Positions 53,862 to 59,247 of a DNA stretch of 59,247 nt are shown one piece after another. Position 1 is the stretch's first letter; the number at the start of each line of letters is the position of its first letter. The stretch is from IMG/VR virus record IMGVR_UViG_3300021961_000105, positions 1 to 59,247 of that record. One strand, given 5' to 3'. The position numbers were made by a program, and so were the translations under genes. Source of the stretch: a virus. Lineage: Duplodnaviria > Caudoviricetes. A model generated the notes under the pieces. That model made no database searches and was not told the DNA's origin. It saw only the letters and a list, made by a program, of their open reading frames with translations.

Positions 53862-54614
53862 TCAGATGATACGAGTCTTCTCGTGTCCAACACGAATTTG
53901 GGGGTCACACCAGATCTCATAACCCGCAGCCTTGGCATCAAGACAGAAAGATACGTCTTCACCACACATATCTTGAACTTCACCAGAATCAAAGACTTGC
54001 ATCTTAGGAGCGAACCAGGGATACTCTAGAGACTCGAAGACACCATGTTTGATCAGAGTCCAACCAAAACCAGTGTAGTCAACAGTGAATGGTTTACGAC
54101 GCTTACTCATCGTTTCACCAGTTTCATGATTCATGACACCACCGTTGTTCTTGAAGTCATCTTCTTCAAGCCAGTGTGCAACAGAGGTGGTATGACCATC
54201 TTCAGTCATGTACCAACCACATGCAATGTCCTTATCCATTGCAACTAGACGATAGAATCCTTCAGTGCTGAAGACAATATCGTTGTCAATCCAGAGTTGA
54301 TAGTCATATTTCAGTTTACCATCCCAGGGAATCTGTTTGGGCCCACGGAGAACGTTTGCACCAAGAACTTTACAACGTGCAAAGTTAACCATGGAGGAAT
54401 AATCTTGTGAAATTTGAATGGCTGCACCATTCTGAACAAGATCAAAACAAAGTTGGACAAAATTCTTTAGAAAAATATAAGAACACCCACGACCGGGAAG
54501 CATGAATACGATACTCTTACCGCGAATCATCTCTTTTGCAGCGGCTAGATCGAAATCTCCTTCTTTCTTTTTTGGGGTGGGTGCGTTAGCTTTAATTGTA
54601 AATCCTTTAGACAT
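53862..54614 (-). CDS. Glycosyltransferase-like protein (GT-A fold)
   Basis: SSMVNFARC, YDYQLWIDNDIVF (DxD), TGFGWTLIK.GVFE...PWF, GEDVSFC..A...G..IW.DP...VGH.K. Confidence 0.8.
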   Translation of the reverse strand: MSKGFTIKANAPTPKKKEGDFDLAAAKEMIRGKSIVFMLPGRGCSYIFLKNFVQLCFDLVQNGAAIQISQDYSSMVNFARCKVLGANVLRGPKQIPWDGKLKYDYQLWIDNDIVFSTEGFYRLVAMDKDIACGWYMTEDGHTTSVAHWLEEDDFKNNGGVMNHETGETMSKRRKPFTVDYTGFGWTLIKHGVFESLEYPWFAPKMQVFDSGEVQDMCGEDVSFCLDAKAAGYEIWCDPQIRVGHEKTRII

Positions 54615-54637
54615 AAAATTAGAATAGCGACGTGTTC

Positions 54638-54666
54638 ATTCTACCACCACAAGTCAATTCATGCAA
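54638..54666 (-). promoter_or_regulatory. sigma70-like promoter TTGCAT-N17-TAGAAT (extended -10)
   Basis: 17-nt spacer and TG before the -10; 24 nt upstream of the GT-A ATG. A CTAAATA late box also lies at 54679-54685. Confidence 0.55.
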
Positions 54667-54692
54667 TGGTTTCTGGTTTATTTAGAAGAAAA

Positions 54693-54842
54693 TTAAATGC
54701 ATTCTTCTTCGACTTTTTCAAGTAAATCTTCAATCTCATTTCTGAGAGAATCGTTAATAACCAAAACTTTATCTGTATATAAACGATGTTGAAGACACTC
54801 GATTAATAGATCTTTTTCTTGGTAATCCAACTTGAGTTCCAT
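54693..54842 (-). CDS. Small hypothetical protein (49 aa)
   Basis: MELKLDYQEKDLLIECLQHRLYTDKVLVINDSLRNEIEDLLEKVEEECI; fills the intergenic gap. Confidence 0.65.
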   Translation of the reverse strand: MELKLDYQEKDLLIECLQHRLYTDKVLVINDSLRNEIEDLLEKVEEECI

Positions 54843-54885
54843 ATATTTTACTAGATCACTTTCAAAAATTATATATGAGTTTTAA

Positions 54886-55485
54886 TTATTCACCGATATA
54901 TCTAGCAATAGACCCGACATATCGACCTGGTTTAGTAATATTTTTAGTGACATTACTAAAAGCACCAACTGTAACATTATCAGTCATAGTTACATTATTA
55001 ATCATCGATGATTTAAAGTTAAAAGTGCAAAATTCTCCTATTGTAGTTCTACCTGCAATTAAAGTTCCTGCATGGATCACCGAACCTCTTCCAAGATTAA
55101 CGTGATGGGTGATTAAAGAGTTACATTCTATCCAACAATGGTCTTGAATATTGGAATAATATGCAACTGTACAAAAAGAACCGATAAAAACTCCTTTGCC
55201 AATTTTAGAAGAGTCAAAAGTTACACAAGAATCATGTACATAAGTAACACACTCTAGGTCTAACTCATCAATTTTATCACAAATAACCCGTTTAAGCGAC
55301 ATATCGAGAGAAAATCCGACAAAATATTGATAATCAGACTTATTTTTGAGGTCTAAAAACGCTTCCGGCGTGATAATTTCGATTTCATTCTTACTTTCGA
55401 GTAAAAACCACTGTAAAGCCCCATCAGTTAATGAGGATTCTGGGTAACCAATGATTTTGATTGGTTTATTGTTTTCAATAATCAT
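54886..55485 (-). CDS. Sugar O/N-acyltransferase, NeuD/PglD-like (left-handed beta-helix)
   Basis: N-terminal Rossmann-like segment (IKIIGY...YFVGF), then hexapeptide repeats IGKGVFIG, LGRGSVIH, IGEFCTF, VTVGAFSNVTKNITKPG.YVG..AR. Confidence 0.8.
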   Translation of the reverse strand: MIIENNKPIKIIGYPESSLTDGALQWFLLESKNEIEIITPEAFLDLKNKSDYQYFVGFSLDMSLKRVICDKIDELDLECVTYVHDSCVTFDSSKIGKGVFIGSFCTVAYYSNIQDHCWIECNSLITHHVNLGRGSVIHAGTLIAGRTTIGEFCTFNFKSSMINNVTMTDNVTVGAFSNVTKNITKPGRYVGSIARYIGE

Positions 55486-56621
55486 AATTCAAGAGAAATA
55501 TTGAAATGATGCAAAGATTGTTTAATTTTATTGTGATTAAACAGTGTTTGATAGGTGCGATCATATAAAAGTGACTCCATTTTCTCACAATTTGACTCAA
55601 ATCGATGTTTATGAGTGGTCCATAACTTATGAATATCGGTTGAACCGTCTAATAAGTGTTTATTTCTATCAATTGCTGCAGCCATTCTTTCGAAATGATT
55701 TTCAATTTCATCATAACTATGATCAATGACACCATCAAACAAGTCAAGACCAAAAAAACTTTTAAGTTCTCTGACTATTCCTACACCATTAAGAAAGATT
55801 GGAAAGACCATACCCCAGACAGACTGCATTTCTTTTTCACTTAAGAGAGGAGTTTGTTCAAAAAATGATGTTCCAGTTATAATTTCGACACCATAGTTGG
55901 AATAAACTGATGACAGTACATCATTGTAGTTAGCTGCAGGTGCAAGATTACTTGCATCAAATTGACTAATCTTTATTCGATTAAACTCTTTGTTCTTAAA
56001 CTTCTTGTGTCCTTTTGCAAAACTAGTCTTAAGTTCAGGAGAAGGTGGTTTAAAGTTTTTATATTGATATGGTTGTTTATAGATCTTATGACGAAAGTCA
56101 AAAGTGAAGTCACCATTGTCTCCATAGTCCTTTGATAGGAGATAGGACATCGCCATCACCCTATGCAATTTGGTACTTGAATTGAACGATACCCACCTAT
56201 TGGATAGTTCACCCTTCTCGCAACGTTTAAACCTCTCAGAGAAGGTTGTAGGTATCCATGAAGTAAGATATAGGTTCGGAATGTTTATACCTCTTTTATC
56301 TAACTCACGTTGGAGATTTAAATGAGGGGACGATATAATAAAACTATTTTCAGGGTGTTTCGCGCAAAATTTTCGAAGCCCATGAATATCAGTATTATCA
56401 TCATTATCAATAATAGAATCAATGATATTAAAAATGACAACTCTACTCTGAAAATTGAGTTTATTTAAATTATTAAATGAAATCCCAGTACCAGTTTCAT
56501 AAGGACAAAAAATAAACTGATAACACTCAACGTCTTCACTTAGTTTATACTTATCAAAAAAACTTTCGAAAGTATCATTAAATGGAAGACCAGGATAGGA
56601 AAATAAAGTATCAATCTTCAT
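55482..56621 (-). CDS. Hypothetical protein, possible GT-B/GT10-related glycosyltransferase
   Basis: WVSFN...KLHRV, EIITGT....LLSEK, PIFL.G....L...G.D.FD.VIDHSYD pattern (degenerate ITEK motif). Confidence 0.5.
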   Translation of the reverse strand: MKIDTLFSYPGLPFNDTFESFFDKYKLSEDVECYQFIFCPYETGTGISFNNLNKLNFQSRVVIFNIIDSIIDNDDNTDIHGLRKFCAKHPENSFIISSPHLNLQRELDKRGINIPNLYLTSWIPTTFSERFKRCEKGELSNRWVSFNSSTKLHRVMAMSYLLSKDYGDNGDFTFDFRHKIYKQPYQYKNFKPPSPELKTSFAKGHKKFKNKEFNRIKISQFDASNLAPAANYNDVLSSVYSNYGVEIITGTSFFEQTPLLSEKEMQSVWGMVFPIFLNGVGIVRELKSFFGLDLFDGVIDHSYDEIENHFERMAAAIDRNKHLLDGSTDIHKLWTTHKHRFESNCEKMESLLYDRTYQTLFNHNKIKQSLHHFNISLEL

Positions 56622-56623
56622 TG

Positions 56624-57211
56624 TTAAAAATATCTTTGGTAAACTTCTTCCTCATTTGACAATCTCATAGTCAATAAAATTCTAGGTAGATTATCATTTA
56701 AGATATCAACACCATGAATCTCTTTGACATTATTCAAAGTAGGAACATCTAGAATATATCTATCAACTTCAGTCAAATCATTAATATCAAAAACGCGCCC
56801 AGATACACCAGACTTATAAGAATGCGCTGTTGATTCTACATCCTTATTATTTCTCTTATAATAAACCGTTGAAGCACTCGTCTCATTTAAGATGGGCCAA
56901 TGAAGTCTTATTCTTCTCTTGATTGAATCATCACCATCAGTATGAATCGGAATACTATCGATACCATCAATGTATACAAATGCCATGTAGATCACTTCAC
57001 TCCCAAGTTCTCTACGGATACATTCGAATAGTATAGGAATATCTCTCTTAAATCTTATAAGGTCTTCGTCAGAGATAAAGTTAAAAGAAACCTTTTCAGA
57101 AAATTTATTCTCAGACTCTCTTACGTCATTAGTTACAAAATCAATTACATAAGGGACGATTTGATCTTGTACTTCTCTAAAGGTATCAATATCAAGTTTC
57201 TTATAAAACAT
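56624..57211 (-). CDS. Putative 2OG-Fe(II) oxygenase / cupin-like protein
   Basis: IPIHTD (HxD)...RLHWPI...PTL.NV..IHGV......R..L.MR; likely ATG at 57211, downstream of a late promoter. Confidence 0.6.
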   Translation of the reverse strand: MFYKKLDIDTFREVQDQIVPYVIDFVTNDVRESENKFSEKVSFNFISDEDLIRFKRDIPILFECIRRELGSEVIYMAFVYIDGIDSIPIHTDGDDSIKRRIRLHWPILNETSASTVYYKRNNKDVESTAHSYKSGVSGRVFDINDLTEVDRYILDVPTLNNVKEIHGVDILNDNLPRILLTMRLSNEEEVYQRYF

Positions 57212-57230
57212 CACAACCAACTTAAAATGA

Positions 57231-57237
57231 TATTTAT
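57231..57237 (-). promoter_or_regulatory. Late promoter box ATAAATA
   Basis: 20 nt upstream of ATG 57211. Confidence 0.65.
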
Positions 57238-57243
57238 GGCCAC

Positions 57244-57306
57244 GAAAAAAATTTTGATGGTCCTATGAACCTTATGGGTGTTTTTGGCCTAAGAAAAAAA
57301 TTTTGA
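57244..57306. repeat. Identical 14-bp A-tract direct repeat GAAAAAAATTTTGA x2
   Basis: Copies at 57244-57257 and 57293-57306. Confidence 0.8.
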
Positions 57307-57502
57307 AATGCGTTTAATATTTCGAGCGCTTATTGGGTTCGTTATAGATTAGGGTAGTTAGCGTTTTTTAATAAGGGGGGCCACCGCGCCCCGCGCTATA
57401 ACATAAGACCGCACAATTAACTGCTCAAACTGCCGCTGAGTTTGCTGCTCATAAGGTCTTCGTGAATCTTGTCGTGTATATTTAAGCTAGCCCTCCTTGA
57501 GT

Positions 57503-57531
57503 ATTATAAACTCTCGGAGGGTTTCTGTCAA
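57503..57531 (-). promoter_or_regulatory. Perfect consensus sigma70 promoter TTGACA-N17-TATAAT
   Basis: tgtcaa 57526-57531 and attata 57503-57508 on + strand; 17-nt spacer. Confidence 0.9.
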
Positions 57532-57539
57532 CTTATCCC

Positions 57540-57785
57540 TCAGCCACTGGTCTTGAAGTAAGCACCTGCATTGCCCTCGATAACACTGTTCTGTGCATGA
57601 GTTGCGTGACCGCTATAAGCTTGACCCTTACGGTTAGTGTTAGTCCGAACCCCATTTGTGCGGCTCATGATCAACTCAGACTTACGAGCTTTCCGAGTGG
57701 GTAACACAGTGTACTTAATCTGCCCTTGAGTGTCAGCAATCAGGAGATCCAGTTTGCTTGCTTTGGAGATGTCGATGTTGGTCAT
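57540..57785 (-). CDS. Early-region hypothetical basic protein
   Basis: ORF track entry 57540..57794; ATG at 57785 preferred; IKYTVLPTRKARK motif. Confidence 0.7.
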   Translation of the reverse strand: MTNIDISKASKLDLLIADTQGQIKYTVLPTRKARKSELIMSRTNGVRTNTNRKGQAYSGHATHAQNSVIEGNAGAYFKTSG

Positions 57786-57827
57786 GAGTGTCAAGAATAA
57801 ACGAACAGTTAGTGTAAACGAATCAGG

Positions 57828-58106
57828 TCAAAGTTCAGTCATCATCTCTAGCATTTCCTCCTCATTGATTGCTTCATCATCCCAACGAACTCCGTCACGA
57901 GTCTGAACCAAATGACGACCAATCTGCCCATCAGTCATACAACGAACAAACTTAGCCCAAGGGGTCTCGTCATCACTGCAGAACTCAACACATGCCTTTG
58001 CAGTGTTATAGAGAAACTCATCATTTCCAATCCACAGAGCAGCATTCCAGGTCTCGTAGTTAGTCCAGCCGTTGTAGGTCTCTTTGATGGTTTGAGTGTT
58101 GCTCAT
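57828..58106 (-). CDS. Early-region conserved phage protein (YNGWTNYETWN family)
   Basis: YNGWTNYETWNAALWIGNDEFLY...T.DGV.W.D; SD gagga before ATG 58106. Confidence 0.8.
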   Translation of the reverse strand: MSNTQTIKETYNGWTNYETWNAALWIGNDEFLYNTAKACVEFCSDDETPWAKFVRCMTDGQIGRHLVQTRDGVRWDDEAINEEEMLEMMTEL

Positions 58107-58128
58107 GTGTGTTCCTCTCAACATGGCT

Positions 58129-58187
58129 AAGATACCAGGCCTGAGCCCCCTCTGGCATCATCTGTGGCCACTTGTAGGACTGTCCAC
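58129..58187 (-). promoter_or_regulatory. Cyanomyovirus early promoter: extended -10 (TGgTATCTT) with upstream imperfect palindrome GTGGACAGT-N6-AGTGGCCAC
   Basis: -10 at 58129-58134 and palindrome at 58164-58187; resembles the upstream motif reported for early promoters of T4-like cyanophages such as Syn9. Confidence 0.65.
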
Positions 58188-58391
58188 TATTCTCTCTGTT
58201 GTCAAGGTTCTATGGTAAGCTCATGAGTCTTTGTCCCTTGAGCTTAACTGGAGCTGGCTTAGTGGCTTAAGCATTCAAAGCATACTTATGAAACTCCACA
58301 GAGTAATTGTACACCACATGAGTAGGCTATGGCAACTCTTGAAGATGTGTCCCCTTGGAGTGCTCATAAGACTGCGGAGAAACTATAAAAG

Positions 58392-58657
58392 TTTTCCACA
58401 ATTTCCACAGGGATGCTGTGGAAAACTCAGAGGACTTATGTGTAGCAAACTGTGTGGGTTCTGAGACTTATGTGGGGGGGTCTCTTGACATTTATGCGAT
58501 CGTGTGATAGCCTGCACGCTAAGACAACAAGAACTCAGAGGCTTTTCAGAGAACATAAACACTCGAAAGCTTTCACACAGCTACATTTTTTTAGCCATTT
58601 TTTAAAGCTTAACTTTTCCACAGCTTTTTCCACAAGTTATCAGAAACCTGTGAAAAA
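58392..58657. other. Cluster of cyanobacterial-type DnaA boxes (TTTTCCACA); candidate origin or DnaA-titration site
   Basis: Exact boxes at 58392-58400(+), 58417-58425(-), 58614-58622(+), 58626-58634(+); one-mismatch boxes at 58401-58409(+) and 58649-58657(-). Confidence 0.6.
58485..58513 (+). promoter_or_regulatory. sigma70 promoter TTGACA-N17-TAGCCT (extended -10), on the otherwise non-coding strand
   Basis: TTGACA 58485-58490, TG 58505-58506, TAGCCT 58508-58513. Confidence 0.65.
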
Positions 58658-58743
58658 CTCATGCTAACTAACTCTTTGAGGACTAGGAGAATATAACTCC
58701 ACTCCTCTTTAGGTGTTGTTTCGGTAGAGAGCTTAGGGGTCAT
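58609..58743 (-). CDS. Small hypothetical protein (44-48 aa)
   Basis: MTPKLSTETTPKEEWSYILLVLKELVSMSFSQVSDNLWKKLWKS (alternative ATG 58755); its 3' end overlaps DnaA boxes. Confidence 0.45.
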   Translation of the reverse strand: MTPKLSTETTPKEEWSYILLVLKELVSMSFSQVSDNLWKKLWKS

Positions 58744-58858
58744 AAGACTCAGCATCTATAGACCCCTGAGAGTAATCATCCCAATCAATTACGTTCTCTT
58801 CAGTGTTACTTTGTTCGAGAAGTTCTTGATAGAAATCGAACTCTTCTTGTCCCATCAT
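58733..58858 (-). CDS. Small very acidic protein (41 aa)
   Basis: MMGQEEFDFYQELLEQSNTEENVIDWDDYSQGSIDAESYDP; ATGA overlap with the upstream 61-aa ORF. Confidence 0.65.
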   Translation of the reverse strand: MMGQEEFDFYQELLEQSNTEENVIDWDDYSQGSIDAESYDP

Positions 58859-59040
58859 TTGTTCCTCTTAGTGTTGTATTCTCCGAGGTTCTCTACATAA
58901 ACCTCATTAACACTTTCATTACTTTGGAGTTCTAGAAGTTCTTTCCAATTCCATTCCTTAGGACTTACACAGTTAGATGCATCAACTGTAAAGTCTAATG
59001 TAACTCGATACCTTGTAACTTTGTTGTTGATTGTTTGCAT
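58855..59040 (-). CDS. Early-region hypothetical protein (61 aa)
   Basis: SD aagga upstream; RYRVTLDFTV....P..WNW..LL.L...E.V. Confidence 0.75.
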   Translation of the reverse strand: MQTINNKVTRYRVTLDFTVDASNCVSPKEWNWKELLELQSNESVNEVYVENLGEYNTKRNK

Positions 59041-59078
59041 TGGTGGTTTGTCCTTAAATGAGAAGAAACGACTAAGAT

Positions 59079-59107
59079 ATTTTATACGTTTTTATATTTC
59101 AAGGCAA
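59079..59107 (-). promoter_or_regulatory. sigma70-like promoter TTGCCT-N17-TAAAAT
   Basis: Correct spacing, ~39 nt upstream of ATG 59040. Confidence 0.45.
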
Positions 59108-59247
59108 TCGGTTTGTTATACTTTTCCAACACATCAATCTTAACTTGTTCAGCAAAAAAGTTCACCACTTCATTATAGTAATGATCTTGTTCTTCGGGTG
59201 TAAGATTGTTCACCCAATTTCCACTGATAAAGTTCACGTTTGCTTGT
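59082..59247 (-). CDS. Hypothetical protein, 5'-truncated by the window edge
   Basis: Open frame ...QANVNFISGNWVNNLTPEEQDHYYNEVVNFFAEQVKIDVLEKYNKPIALKYKNV*. Confidence 0.55.
   Translation of the reverse strand, partial: QANVNFISGNWVNNLTPEEQDHYYNEVVNFFAEQVKIDVLEKYNKPIALKYKNV

Noticed and set aside
58200-58205. TTGACA on the minus strand
   Set aside because: No acceptable -10 hexamer at 16-18 nt spacing
58231-58667. Plus-strand ORFs of 77 and 71 aa
   Set aside because: TTG/GTG starts without SD, running across promoter and DnaA-box elements; more likely non-coding
57240-58760. CRISPR array or tRNA in the non-coding stretches
   Set aside because: Repeats are short and irregularly spaced with no repeat-spacer periodicity; no cloverleaf or T-loop consensus recognised

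Overview
A 59-kb segment of a large T4-like cyanomyovirus genome (Kyanoviridae-type), with essentially all genes on the minus strand. Read right to left (the direction of transcription), it opens with the end of an early small-ORF region carrying sigma70-type promoters, a palindromic early-promoter motif and a cluster of cyanobacterial-type DnaA boxes (57.2-59.2 kb). Next is a sugar/protein-modification cluster with small conserved ORFs (52.3-57.2 kb). Then comes the baseplate module g25-g6-g7 (4902 aa)-g8, a VrlC-like 2507-aa protein, several small virion proteins, a 2283-aa acidic repeat protein, a 2367-aa tail fibre with an S74 autochaperone, and a Gly-rich adhesin-like protein with a small partner. 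A four-gene 2OG-Fe(II) oxygenase cassette follows, then g13-g14-g15-g16, and a 3'-truncated modular protein that is missing from the ORF track. T4-type late promoters (TATAAATA/ATAAATA/CTAAATA) precede most structural units. Highlights: (1) a putative capsid-targeted polyprotein whose small modules are delimited by gp21-like [ILV]-x-E sites; (2) 'Russian-doll' nested domain arrays in the tail fibre, one shared with gp7; (3) an oriC-like DnaA-box/promoter element; (4) reelin-like domains in a virion protein; (5) phycobiliprotein-like KCxRD repeats in gp7. All family calls come from motif recognition by eye; no searches were run.
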